NCBI GenBank assembly: GCA_963813715.1
Contig: CAWFAK010000009.1
Location: forward strand, 448,001-512,000
Length of the DNA stretch: 64,000 nucleotides
From: an uncultured Planctomycetaceae bacterium
GTDB taxonomy: Bacteria; Planctomycetota; Planctomycetia; Planctomycetales; Planctomycetaceae
Reading direction: 5' to 3'
Part shown: piece after piece, positions 44,365-55,071 of the stretch
Layout: every line of letters begins with the position of its first letter
Numbering within the stretch: the first letter of the stretch is position 1
Notes under the pieces: model-generated
What the model was told of the DNA's origin: nothing
Databases searched by the model: none
The model's input: the letters and a program-made list of their open reading frames with translations, nothing else
Made by a program: the position numbers and the translations under genes

Positions 44365-44379
44365 GCAAAAGCTATGCCA
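44365..44379 (-). promoter_or_regulatory. Sigma54 (-24/-12) promoter upstream of the PDZ gene
   Basis: Minus strand TGGCATAGCTTTTGC, i.e. GG-N10-GC, matching the TGGCA...TTGC consensus. Confidence 0.7.
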
Positions 44380-44572
44380 TCCGCCCAGGTCGGCTCACCC
44401 GGCGCAGAACCCGGGGGTCGCGATGCGTCGGCTTTAGAAGACGGCCGGTCAGACTTCGAGCGCGAGCGGCCCGACCGTCGGGACGTGAGCGTTTCGCGGG
44501 CGGAGGCACCGGCGCTGGCGCCGGCACCAAGCGGCCGCCGCGTTGCGAGAAATGAACGAGAATCCCGCGCGG

Positions 44573-46048
44573 TTATTCGACCTCCGCGGCCGCCTCTTCC
44601 AGATCGTCGACCTTCACGGTGCTGCCCAACTGGATGCGCAGCGCCCGCATCTTGTTGCGGAGACTGCCGCGGGTGATCCCCAGCATGCGGGCGGCCTGTG
44701 ACTGGTTACCCCGCGTGTGCCGCAGCACGCGTGTCAGCAGGTACCGCTCCATCATTTCGACGGAGGCTGTGTACATGTCGGTCGAGCCATTTTGCAGGCA
44801 CTCGTCCACGAAGGGCTGGAGGTCGCTGGGAGGCGTATCGTGCGAATTCGCCGACATCGCCGCAGCGGTTCCCCGCCCGACCATCCGCACCGTTTCCGGC
44901 AGGAAGTCGGGCAAAATCACGTTGCCCGTCGTGTTGAGCAATGCCTGACGCACCACGGCCTCCAGCTCGCGGACGTTGCCGGGCCAGTTGTAGCGCATCA
45001 GCATCTCGAGGGCTTCGGGCGAAATCCCGTGCACTTCCGGCTTGTGCAGCTCGCGGCCGAACCGGCTGAGCAGGTGCTCAAGCAACAGCAGGATGTCTTC
45101 GCCTCGGTCGCGCAAGGGAGGCAATTTGATCGTGAAGCCGTTGAGCCGGTAATACAGGTCTTCGCGGAATTCCCCCTTCGCGACCATGCCCGGCAGGTCG
45201 CGGTTAGTGGCGGCGATTACGCGCACATCGGTGCTGATGGTCTCGTTGCCGCCCACCCGCTCGAATTTCTGCTCCTGCAGTACGCGGAGAATTTTGCTCT
45301 GCAAGAGCGGGGACATATCCCCCACTTCGTCCAAGAAGAGCGTGCCGCGGGCACATTGCTCGAACTTGCCGATGCGGCGGTAATTGGCGCTCGTGAACGA
45401 GCCTTTTTCGTGTCCGAAAAGCTCGCTTTCCAGAAGGGTTTCCGGCAAGGCCGCGCAGTTGAGGGCCAGAAACCGCTCCTGGGCCCGCGAACTGTGATGA
45501 TAAATCGCACGGGCCACGAGCTCCTTGCCGGTGCCACTCTCACCGACGATCAGCGTCGTCAAGTTTTGCGGTGCCACGCGGCCCACGGCCTTGAAGACCT
45601 CGCACATGGCCGGGGAGCGGCCAATGATCTGGTCGCCATCGAGCGTCGCGTTGCTGCTGGAGGGCAGCTCGACGCGGACTTGCATCAGGCGGCGAATTTC
45701 CAGGGCCCGATCGACCAGCTCCCGCAATTTGGGCAAATCGAGCGGCTTGAGCAAGTAGTCGTACGCGCCCAGCTTCATCGCTTCGATTGTGGTGTCGCTG
45801 GTGCCGCCCGCCGTGATGAAGATGATGGGCAGCTTCGGATCGAGAGCCTGGATCTTTTCCACGGCTTCGAGCCCCGAACCTTCGGGCAGCATGATGTCCA
45901 AGAGCACGACGTCTGGCTTACGCTCGATCAGGTCGAGCCCTTCGCGAACGGTCTTGGCGGTCAGAACCGAAACGCCGGTCCCCTGAAACGTGCGCTCGAT
46001 CGTGTACAGAACAGCGCGATCGTCATCGATTACGAGCAGAGTCGACAT
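44573..46048 (-). CDS. Sigma54-dependent response regulator (NtrC family: REC-AAA+-Fis HTH)
   Basis: LLVIDDD, GESGTGKELVA, ESELFGHEKGSFTSA, LFLDEVG, FREDLYYRL, WPGNVREL and HTH GNQSQAARMLGI. Confidence 0.95.
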   Translation of the reverse strand: MSTLLVIDDDRAVLYTIERTFQGTGVSVLTAKTVREGLDLIERKPDVVLLDIMLPEGSGLEAVEKIQALDPKLPIIFITAGGTSDTTIEAMKLGAYDYLLKPLDLPKLRELVDRALEIRRLMQVRVELPSSSNATLDGDQIIGRSPAMCEVFKAVGRVAPQNLTTLIVGESGTGKELVARAIYHHSSRAQERFLALNCAALPETLLESELFGHEKGSFTSANYRRIGKFEQCARGTLFLDEVGDMSPLLQSKILRVLQEQKFERVGGNETISTDVRVIAATNRDLPGMVAKGEFREDLYYRLNGFTIKLPPLRDRGEDILLLLEHLLSRFGRELHKPEVHGISPEALEMLMRYNWPGNVRELEAVVRQALLNTTGNVILPDFLPETVRMVGRGTAAAMSANSHDTPPSDLQPFVDECLQNGSTDMYTASVEMMERYLLTRVLRHTRGNQSQAARMLGITRGSLRNKMRALRIQLGSTVKVDDLEEAAAEVE

Positions 46049-46383
46049 GTTGCCCCCGTAGTGCTGGCAGTGTTCGCCGTGCTTGCCGCGACGACACAGC
46101 GATCCCCATTTTTGCACCGAATCCTGGGACCCTCCAAGCGCCGAATCCCAGAATCGTCGTGGTGTGCCTAAAAAACTTTGGCCCCGTCGTGCTGTCTACG
46201 CAGCCGGCTCGCTCGCCAGGTAGGTTAAACCCGAGACCCCATACAGCTCTCGCATAACGTCTCACCGAGTTGCGAGAACCGATCAAAACTTATCCGATCG
46301 CGGCGACCAGAATTCGAGCGCCGCACAGTGATCTCCATTGCTGCGACCGTCACTTTCGATCGCGGCCCTCGGCCTGCGAATCG

Positions 46384-46623
46384 TCAGGCGACTCGCAGCC
46401 GATTGTTGATGCCCCGAATCTGTTCCAGCCGCAGGACGGCCGTTTGGGCCAACTGCTTGACGTAGAACGAGGGGACGCTACCGGTCAACTCGACGACTCC
46501 GTCGGAGACGTCGCACTGGATTTCACGCAACGGCGCGTAGCCCGACTCTCGCAGGGCGCGGTGGACGTTTTCACGGATGGAACGATCGAGAGGCTTGAAT
46601 CGCGAAAGCACGATTTGACTCAT
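46384..46623 (-). CDS. Single BON domain protein
   Basis: GVVELTGSVPSFYVKQLAQ...INNRLRV. Confidence 0.85.
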   Translation of the reverse strand: MSQIVLSRFKPLDRSIRENVHRALRESGYAPLREIQCDVSDGVVELTGSVPSFYVKQLAQTAVLRLEQIRGINNRLRVA

Positions 46624-46702
46624 TGAGAAAGGGGCCCAAACCCAAAAGGTGAAGCAAGGGAACGAAACTCAGAGACGGAGATGTCCGCCGGAAAGTGCAT
46701 AA

Positions 46703-46718
46703 TGCAACCCCCATGCCA
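46703..46718 (-). promoter_or_regulatory. Sigma54 (-24/-12) promoter upstream of the BON gene
   Basis: Minus strand TGGCATGGGGGTTGCA, 80 nt upstream of the start codon. Confidence 0.75.
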
Positions 46719-47108
46719 GCGGGGTGCGAAGGGTTGGACCAGGAGCCGAACGGGCCGAGGTGTGGATCCAAAAACCTGACTTCTCAGCGAGCAATTCCGC
46801 TCTAATTCGGGAAGATTTTACCGGGACGGAAGCGACCAACTGGCGGCCTGCGAGCCAGCGTGTGGTCGCTCAGCGATCATCGTGGCCTCAGAACGACCAC
46901 CGGCCTGCACCCGCCGACTACTCCCACGCTGGGGGTGGACAACCGCGTTTACCCGACAATCGCTGTTCAGGATACCCGAGGGGGCATGACAAGTGCAGAT
47001 GTTTCCACGAAGGAAAACAAGAGCGAAATCTCGTATGAGGCGGAGATTTCTTCGGGTGTCATGACGACCAAGAGGCACAGCAGACGAACAGCAGAAGGAG
47101 TGTCGGGT

Positions 47109-48101
47109 ATGTCGAGGCAGCTTTGGGCGCGGGGAGTTTGGGGCATCGCCGTGGCGGTCGCAACGAGCGCGTTGGCAATTGCCGGGGCTCAGCAGAACAA
47201 TCCCCCGCAGAACGCGAATCAGAATCCGTCGAACACACAGCAGCAGAACAATTTTCAGCAGGGCAACCAGCAACAGGGCAATGCGCAGCAAGCGCTGCAA
47301 CAGGGCCCGATGGGCACCTTCCAGCGCAATGGGGAGCCGCGCGGGATGGCCATGCACAACGACGTCGACCACTACCTGATCAAGGTGCTGGCCAAAGCGA
47401 ACAAAGATGAAATCGAAATGGGCAAGCTGGCCCAGCAGCGGTCGAGCAATCCGGAGGTGAAGCAGCTCGCCAATCAATTGGTGCAGGATCACACCCGGTT
47501 CTTGAGCTCGCTCGAATCGCTGAAGCACAACGGCCAACCGGCAACCAATCGGCAAGCGGGCAATCAGCCGATCCAGCAGGGAACAGCGTTCCGCGGCGCG
47601 GCACCGGGCACGATCGACCAGCAGCAACCGCAAGGGCAACAGCAGCCGTCCAACAACCCGAATCAGGTCAATCCGGGCCAGAACAATGGGTTTCGGAACA
47701 ACGCGGGCCAAGCGAATAACGAGACGATGGCCGGCCGCCGAGCCCACCATGACCAAATGGCGGGCATGGGCGAGCATGGCACGGCCGGTCAATTCGCCAA
47801 GATCATGGAGGAAGTCGACCGCAACCTGCAGCAATCGATGGTCCGCGAGCTGTCGTCGAAGCAGGGCGCCCAGTTCGATCGCTGCTTCCTCACCGGACAG
47901 GTCTTCGGGCACATGTGGGTCGTCGAAGCTCTGAAGGTGTTTGAACGGGACGCCTCTCCCCAACTGAAGCCCCTGCTCCAGGAAGGGTTGCAGACGTCGG
48001 AGCAGCACCTGAACCACGTCAAGTCCCTGTTGGCGAAGCTCGACAACGAGCCGGCGTCGCACGCGGGAATCCAGCCCCGCGCGAACCGCGCCATTCGGTA
48101 A
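47109..48101 (+). CDS. Secreted DUF4142 (ferritin-like) protein with Gln/Asn-rich inserts
   Basis: Signal peptide; EIEMGKLAQQRSSNPEVKQLANQLVQDH, GAQFDRCF and HL motifs. Confidence 0.82.
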   Translation: MSRQLWARGVWGIAVAVATSALAIAGAQQNNPPQNANQNPSNTQQQNNFQQGNQQQGNAQQALQQGPMGTFQRNGEPRGMAMHNDVDHYLIKVLAKANKDEIEMGKLAQQRSSNPEVKQLANQLVQDHTRFLSSLESLKHNGQPATNRQAGNQPIQQGTAFRGAAPGTIDQQQPQGQQQPSNNPNQVNPGQNNGFRNNAGQANNETMAGRRAHHDQMAGMGEHGTAGQFAKIMEEVDRNLQQSMVRELSSKQGAQFDRCFLTGQVFGHMWVVEALKVFERDASPQLKPLLQEGLQTSEQHLNHVKSLLAKLDNEPASHAGIQPRANRAIR

Positions 48102-48131
48102 CGAGATTCGTCCGGAGCACCCGGACCAGCG

Positions 48132-48162
48132 AGAGCGGAGCCCCCGGCTCCGCTCTTTTCTT
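48132..48162 (+). terminator. Rho-independent terminator after the DUF4142 gene
   Basis: Perfect 11-bp stem AGAGCGGAGCC/GGCTCCGCTCT followed by TTTCTT. Confidence 0.7.
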
Positions 48163-48169
48163 GCGCGCG

Positions 48170-50152
48170 TCACTGGGCGAGCGGCGCGACTTGGCCGCGT
48201 TTGACGGCCTCGGCCTGCTCGAGGTCGGCACGTACGCCGGCGAGGTTCGGCGCAACGGCCACCAGCTGGCGGAAATGCTCGATAGCTTCGTCCACGCGGC
48301 CCTGGTCGAACAGGGCAATCGCCCACAGTCGCTGGATGTGCAGCACGCTGTCGTCGATCGCCAGCACTTGTTCGGCATAGGCGATCGATTGCTCGGATTT
48401 GCCGAACGTGCGGCAGAGGAGTGCCAGGCCCGCGAGGCTGGCCGCGTTATTGGGCTCGATTTCCAGCGTGCGCTCGAACTCCACCTGCGCTTCGAAAAAC
48501 TCTTGCTTGCCGCAGAGCGCCAGGGCCAGGCCCCCGTGCGCGGCCGCGCAGCGCTCGTCGAGTGCCAACGCAGCCCGATAGTAGTGGGCCGCCGACCCGA
48601 AGCGTCGCTGGTCGTACATCATCGCGCCCAGCGTCACCAGGCCGAACGGCTCTTGGGGCGATAACTCAGCGACTCGCTCAAACTGGGCGAACGCTGCGTC
48701 GACGTGGCCTTCGGCCCTTAGGGCCTGGCCCAGCCACGCGCAGCCAAACGCATTCTCGCCCGTGCTGGCGACCCCGTGACGCATCAGCGTGATCCCGTCC
48801 CGCCAGTAGCCCAGTTCCACGTAGGCGACGGCCGCGTAAGCGGCGACGGCGCCCGTGGCGAGCACCGGCAACACCCGGCGGCGGACGAAGGGACGAACCA
48901 CGATCGTCGGCGGCAGCCACGCGAGCGCCAGATACAGCCCGAGGCCGGGCAAATACGCATAACGGTCGGCCATTTGCTGCAGACCGACCTGCACCAGGCC
49001 GATCATCGGCACAAGCGATCCCAGAAACCAGAACCAGCCGACGAACAGGAATGGCCGGCGCCGGACGTTGGCCAGCACCAAGGCCGTTATGGCGATCACG
49101 GCCAGGCCGGGGAGTGCGACCTGGCTCCAGGTGAGCGCGCGTCCCGGATGCGGATAACACAGTGAAAGCCGCACCGGCAGGATCGTGCGATCCAGGTACC
49201 GGCCGTACGCTGCAATCGCGTTGAGCAAGCGAACCTGCAACGGCATTTCGGCGAGTGTGCGGACGGAATGTCCGGTCGACTGCGCCCAAATCGCCACGCG
49301 GCAAGAAATCGCCGTGATCACAAAGAACGGAATCTTTTCGACCAGCAGCCGCGTCACGATGCGCACGCGGTGAGAAGCGCCCGCCGCGTCCAGGGCTCCG
49401 GCATTCGCCGCACTCAGCCGCTCGAGCGGCCAGAAATCGAGGAGCAGACAAAGAAACGGCAGCGTGACAAACGTCTGCTTCGCGCTCAGGCTCAGGACAA
49501 AGCACGCGAGCGCCGACACAAGCCAGACCGGTCGCCGCCGCTTCGCCGACCGCACGTAACACCACAGCGAGAGCAAGCCGAAGAACATGCTCAGCACGTC
49601 CTTCCGCTCGGCAATCCAGGCCACCGATTCGACGTGCAGCGGATGGACGGCAAAGAGCGCCGCGACAAAGGCGCTTCGCAGGACGCAGCCGGTCGCCTGC
49701 GTCAATAGGGCAAACACCAACAGCACGTTGAGCACGTGCAAGAGAATGTTCGTCGCGTGAAATCCGCCGGCCTGCGGGCCGTAGATCGTCGTGTCGAGCA
49801 TCAGCGACATCCAGGTCAGGGGCACCCAGTTGGAATCGTGGACTTTCGTCATAGCCCAACGCAGGCCCGGCAGGGTGAGTCCGCGCAGAACGTGGAAGTT
49901 CTCGGTGACGTAGGTCGGATCGTCGAAAGCCAGGAAGCCAAAACCGACGGCCCGCCCGTAAACGGCCAGCGTCAGCGCGACCAGCAAGACGCCCAGGCCC
50001 AGCTCAGGTCGCAGAGCGACCCGCCGCAGGCCGGACGGCAGGAGAGGCAGAGATTCGCGAGCCTCGTGCACTGCGCGTACCCCGAAGTCCTGGAGGTTCG
50101 TGGAGTTCGATTGGGTGTTTCGCGATCCGCGTGAAGGAGAACATCGCTGCAA
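48170..50152 (-). CDS. TMTC-like GT-C membrane glycosyltransferase with C-terminal TPRs (start uncertain)
   Basis: FDDPTYV, FAVHPLHVESVAWIAERKD, ADRYAYLP, multiple TM helices and TPR repeats. Confidence 0.85.
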   Translation of the reverse strand: MQRCSPSRGSRNTQSNSTNLQDFGVRAVHEARESLPLLPSGLRRVALRPELGLGVLLVALTLAVYGRAVGFGFLAFDDPTYVTENFHVLRGLTLPGLRWAMTKVHDSNWVPLTWMSLMLDTTIYGPQAGGFHATNILLHVLNVLLVFALLTQATGCVLRSAFVAALFAVHPLHVESVAWIAERKDVLSMFFGLLSLWCYVRSAKRRRPVWLVSALACFVLSLSAKQTFVTLPFLCLLLDFWPLERLSAANAGALDAAGASHRVRIVTRLLVEKIPFFVITAISCRVAIWAQSTGHSVRTLAEMPLQVRLLNAIAAYGRYLDRTILPVRLSLCYPHPGRALTWSQVALPGLAVIAITALVLANVRRRPFLFVGWFWFLGSLVPMIGLVQVGLQQMADRYAYLPGLGLYLALAWLPPTIVVRPFVRRRVLPVLATGAVAAYAAVAYVELGYWRDGITLMRHGVASTGENAFGCAWLGQALRAEGHVDAAFAQFERVAELSPQEPFGLVTLGAMMYDQRRFGSAAHYYRAALALDERCAAAHGGLALALCGKQEFFEAQVEFERTLEIEPNNAASLAGLALLCRTFGKSEQSIAYAEQVLAIDDSVLHIQRLWAIALFDQGRVDEAIEHFRQLVAVAPNLAGVRADLEQAEAVKRGQVAPLAQ

Positions 50153-50285
50153 AAAGATCAGCCGGAGAGCCGCAAAAGCTCGGTATCTTTATTGCGCAAC
50201 GGCCGACAGGGCAAGTTCAATTCGTGCCCTCGGGGCTGGACGTTCTGCGCTCATTCGCCGCGCGTCCGAGTTGAACGTTTTGAGT

Positions 50286-51002
50286 TCATCCGTCGCGTTT
50301 GGGGCGGCGTGCAAACAGGTAGCTCCGCCGGCTCGGATGCTCGACGTCGGGATACGGGTCGCGCTCGACGATTTCGTCGATTGCAAACCCGGCCTGCCGC
50401 AGAAAATCGGTCATTTCTTCCGATCGGAAAAAGTGGAAGTCGACCGACACCGGCTGTCCCCACCATTCGTCCAGGTGGATCGTCTGACCACCGACGTGAA
50501 ACGCCAAGAGGAGCCGGCCGCCCGGCCTTAACACGCGCTTCAACTCGGCCAACGCCCGCGGCACGTCGGGCCGCGAAACGTGAATGATCGAATAAAAGGC
50601 CGCGATGCCCACCCAACTCTTGTCGGGGACATCGAGCTCCAGCATGTTCCCCTGCTGAAAGTCGATCCCCGGCGTGAGCCGCCGCGCGCGTTCGACCATC
50701 GCCGGCGACAAGTCGACCCCGCACACGTCGACCCCCTGCTCGTGCAGGTAACGGGCAACGTGCCCCGGCCCGCAGCCCATGTCGCAAACCAGGCCCGTGT
50801 CGCGGACGTCGGCGGCGAACCGCTCGAGCAACCGCCGATCGAGGGGCTTGTGCCGCAACTCGTCGAAGATCCGCTCGACGTACTCGTCAGCAACGCGATC
50901 GTAACTGGCCTGCGTGTCGGGCTGCCGCGCCGCGTCGTTCTCGGCCCCCTCACTGTCAATCTCGCGGTCGCCGTCAGACGTGTGGTGGTTATCGGCATTC
51001 AT
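50286..51002 (-). CDS. Class I SAM-dependent methyltransferase
   Basis: DMGCGPG, GVDLSPAM and VLRPGG motifs. Confidence 0.9.
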   Translation of the reverse strand: MNADNHHTSDGDREIDSEGAENDAARQPDTQASYDRVADEYVERIFDELRHKPLDRRLLERFAADVRDTGLVCDMGCGPGHVARYLHEQGVDVCGVDLSPAMVERARRLTPGIDFQQGNMLELDVPDKSWVGIAAFYSIIHVSRPDVPRALAELKRVLRPGGRLLLAFHVGGQTIHLDEWWGQPVSVDFHFFRSEEMTDFLRQAGFAIDEIVERDPYPDVEHPSRRSYLFARRPKRDG

Positions 51003-51044
51003 CGCACGAACCCCCCTAGGCCGCGTGCTCAAAACTCGGTGTGC

Positions 51045-54000
51045 TCAAAACTCGGCGATCTCGATCTTACGGATCTGGATCTTGCGCGATTTGACGGTTC
51101 GTTCTTCAAAAATCCGCAGGAGCGCAAGTCGGCCCATGCCCCTGTCGGAGTGCTTCTCCCAATTCACATCAGACGTCTTTTTGCCGTTCACTTTGACGAC
51201 GGTGTGGGCGCCGTCGACGGTGAGGTCGACGGTGAACCATTGGCCGGGCTGGGCGATCGGGTCGGCGTTCTTGAACCCCGTGTAGCTTCCCGCGCCTTCC
51301 AGGCCGATCGCCCAGATGCTCTCGGTGTTCGTTTCGTCCCTCCCCGCTGCGGCCCGCAGATCGATACGAAAACCGATGTCGGGATCTTTCGCAGTGTGGG
51401 GCGGGATCTCCGTGCGGAACCAGAGCGCGCTGAACTCCGTCCCTGTGAGCTGCGCTTCCAGCCGCAAATGAAAATTCTTGTAGTCGTCTCGCTTCGAGAA
51501 GAGAAAGCCGCTGGCCCGCGCGTCCCCCGGACAGACGAGAATCCCCTGCTCGATGCGCCAATCGCGTGGGTGTCCGGCTTCCGGGATCCAGCCTGTGAGA
51601 TCCCGGCCGTTAAAGAGCGAGACAAAGTTTTCCTTCCGCGGTTCAGCCTCCGACGCAACGGGGGCCGAGGGCGGTTTGGATACGGAGACGTTGGAGACCT
51701 CGCACGCCACGCGGAAGCCCAGATCGGGCAAATGGTCTCCCGGCTTGAAACTCCACCGTGCATGCACGGGGACCAGAGCCCTGAACGAGCCGCCCCGCGC
51801 GATGTGCTGAGCGCCGTCGGGCGGCCCGGGCGGATCGTTTTCGGGCGAATGCCGGTAGTAACCCGCGGCGTCCCAGTCCGAGCACTGCTCGAAGACGTTC
51901 CCCAGCGTGTCATAAAGCCCGAAATCGTTCGGGCGAAAACGGCCGACGGGGCTTGTAAAGGCGAAGCCGTCCGACGAGCGGGTCTGCTCCTTCCAGCCAG
52001 GAAACCGGGCCGCGGCCGTTTTGTCCGGGATATTGCCGATCTCGGTCATTTCCTCGCTGTCTCCGCCGTTGTAATTCCAATGGATGGTCCCGGCGCGCGC
52101 GGCGTATTCCCACTCCGCCTCGGTCGGCAGGCGGTATTTTTTCCCCTCTTGGCGCGACAACAACTCGCAAAACGTCTGCATGTCGGCCCAGGACACGTCG
52201 ACGACGGGGTGCGTGTCGTCCTGAGCGAATCCGGGCGTGCGCCACGTGTATTGATGGCTTTTGTCGAGCCTGCTTCGCTGTTTTGAGTTTTCGAGTCGCC
52301 AGCCTCCCCGGTCCTGCTCAGCTAGCGTTTCTGAAGCCGACTTGCGTGACGAACTTCCGGAATTCGCCCCGCGTCACCTCAAACACGCCGAGGTAAAACG
52401 GCCGCGTGATCCGTACGTGGTGGGGAATCATCGAATCGCCGGCATCGGGAGCCCCCATCGAGAACTCGCCCGGCGGAATCAGCCGCAGCTTCATGCCGAG
52501 GGAGTTGGTGATTTCTACGGGGACCTTGAGCCGCTCGGCCCAGTCCTGTTGGGCCCGTTTGGCTTGGGCCTCATCGAAGGGGGCGGTCAGCCGATCAGAA
52601 GCGGCGGTCGGCGGCTTCGCCGGCGCGGCTGGCTTGGCACGCGCGGCGGCAGGAGCGGCGGCGAGCTGTTTCTCCGGGGGCTTGCGAAGCTCTTTCGTCG
52701 CGGCTTTCGGCAGCGATGGGGGTGCTTTCGCCGCCGGCGGTTGAGGTTTGGGCGGTGACGCTTGCTCGCCCGTTTTCTCAACGATGTCGGGAAGTTGCGC
52801 CTCGACATCGACCACAATTTTGTTGTCCTCGATCGACACGTGGACCCGCTGCGTGTGCCCGCTGTCGAGCGGGAACGTGCGCGTGACGCTTGCAAACCCG
52901 GGCGAACTGACTGTCAGCTCCTGTTTGCCGGGCGCAACCGCGATCGACTGCTTGCCCGAAACCGTAACGAGAGCGTTCTTGCCGCTCAGCGAGATCGCCA
53001 GCCCCGGTTGATCGGCGTTGATCACGATCACCGTTCGTCCCAGCCACCAGAACAAGCCGCCCGCCGTCGCGGCGCAAACCAAGAGGCCAAAGGCCAGCGC
53101 GCTCCAGGGAATCCAGCCTGCCTTTTTCCAGTCCGACTTCACGTCTTCGAGGCCGACGCCGCCCGCCTCTCCCTGCGCCGGCGAATTGTTGCTGCACTTC
53201 GAGCGCACGCCGGTGGCCGCGCTTGATCGTCAGCAGCTGATCGGCCTTCTTGAGCGCGGTCCGCGCGTTGTTGAGCCTCACGGCCTCGTCGATCTCGACG
53301 AGCAAGTAGGCGATCTCGTCCGTGGCGGTCCGGGCCTTTTCGAGCAGTTTTGCGAGACCTTCGCCGCGCCTTGGCCTCGGGGACTTGCTCGGCGATTTGA
53401 ATCACTTGCTCGTAGTCGTGCCGAGCGAGGCACTTGCGGGCCAATTCCTCCAGTGAAGCCAGGTCATTGGCCGTCAAGGTTTTTTTTGCTTTTGGAGCTT
53501 CTGCGTCTCCGACGCGATTGAATTGGAACCGGCCGTCGTGTCGGTCGCAGCGGCGGCGGCCAATCCGACCGACGATTTGGGGATCGATACCGAAGAGCCC
53601 CCAGGGTTTTTGAGAATCGTCGCCAGCTCCGCGGCGACGGCCGCCAGCGAGGGGAAGCGGACGGACGGATTCTTGGCCATCATCCTGAGGCAGAGCGCGT
53701 CGGTCCGCGGATCGAGGCCCGGTCGCGCCTGGCTCGGGGCCGGCGGCTCTTTCGTCACGATTTGACCGAGCACAGCCATGACCGAACCGCGAAACGGCAA
53801 CTGGCCGGTGAGCAGTTCGTACAAGATCACCCCCAGGCTGTACTCGTCGCTAAGAGGCCCGATCTTCTCCGGGTCTCCGTCGACCTGCTCGGGCGACATG
53901 TAGGCCGGCGTGCCGACGAGCGTGCCCGCGTGCGTCAGGCGGATCTCCTCTTCGGGCCGCACGTTGTGCGCCAGGCCGAAATCCATGATCAGCGGCTCGC

Positions 54001-54692
54001 CCCGCTTGTCGACCATGACGTTGTCGGGCTTGAGATCGCGATGGACGATGTTGTGGTCATGCGCGTTCTGCAGGGCCAGCGCCAACTTGCGAACGATCGC
54101 CAGCACCTGCCGCTCGGGCTGCGCCTTGCTCGAACGGACGAACGCCGAGAGGGGATTGCCCTCGATGTAAGCCATCGAGAGGTAGTGCGTCTGGTCAATC
54201 TTTCCGACGTCGTGGACGGGGCAAATGTTGGGATGCCGTAACGTGGCCGCGGCCTGCGCCTCCCTGTAGAACCGCTGGAGCAGCTCGCCGGACGGATCGT
54301 CCTGGAAGTGGGGCGTCTTCGAGCGCGACCTGCCGGCCGAGCTGCATGTCCTCGGCGAGGTAGACGGTCCCCATCGCCCCGCTGCCGAGCGCCCGCACGA
54401 TGCGGTTACGGCCGAACTGGCCGGCCAAAACGCCGCTGCCCAATCCTCCGAGGACCTTGGCCCGCGACTTGGGCGGCACGGTCTCCTGCGCCCGCTGGGG
54501 ATCGCCGGCGAGCCGCCGAAGGTCGTCTTCCGAGGCGAGTAGCGAGCGCAGCTCGTCCCCGACCCCAGCGTGCTGGGCGACGAACGCCTCGACGTCGACC
54601 GATTCGCCCCGATCGAGCCGCTCCAAGTAGTCCCGCAGCGCGGCTGCGATTCGCGGATCGTTCGATTCACTGCTGTTCGATGGGTCGGACAC
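51045..54692 (-). CDS. Ser/Thr kinase - TM - FGE-sulfatase (SUMF1) - DUF1080 multidomain protein (several frameshifts)
   Basis: GSGAMGTVYLA, HRDLKPDN, DFG and GTPAYMSPEQ; a TM helix; TNSLGMKLRLIPPGEF, RLPTEAEWEYAARAG, PNDFGLYD and GFRV; SLFNGRDLTGW. Confidence 0.85.
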
Positions 54693-55071
54693 AGGTCGAG
54701 TGTCGACCTCCCTGACCTACGGACCGCGGCTCAGTCTCCCGTCGGGTATTAGGATAAGCCCGACCCGCCGCCGCCCGCGGCGGTTTGCGGGGAATTTGCG
54801 AAATTGTAATTCTCGGCTGGCTGAGACAGAAAGGGGGCGCACCGTTCGCGCGGCCTTCAACATGGGACCGCTCGAAACTCGCGAACGCGCCCGCGTCGCG
54901 TTGAACAACCGGATGAGGCGCCTATTTCGGGTCAATCCGCGCCGCCGACCGCCCCCGCATCGACCGATTGGCCCCGATCGCGCAAATCGAAATCGTTTTG
55001 ACCCTCTTTGAAATTCCCCCCTAAACTCCCCCGCCCAACAGTCGCCTCGTCCTTCTCTTGGGGGTGCCGCC

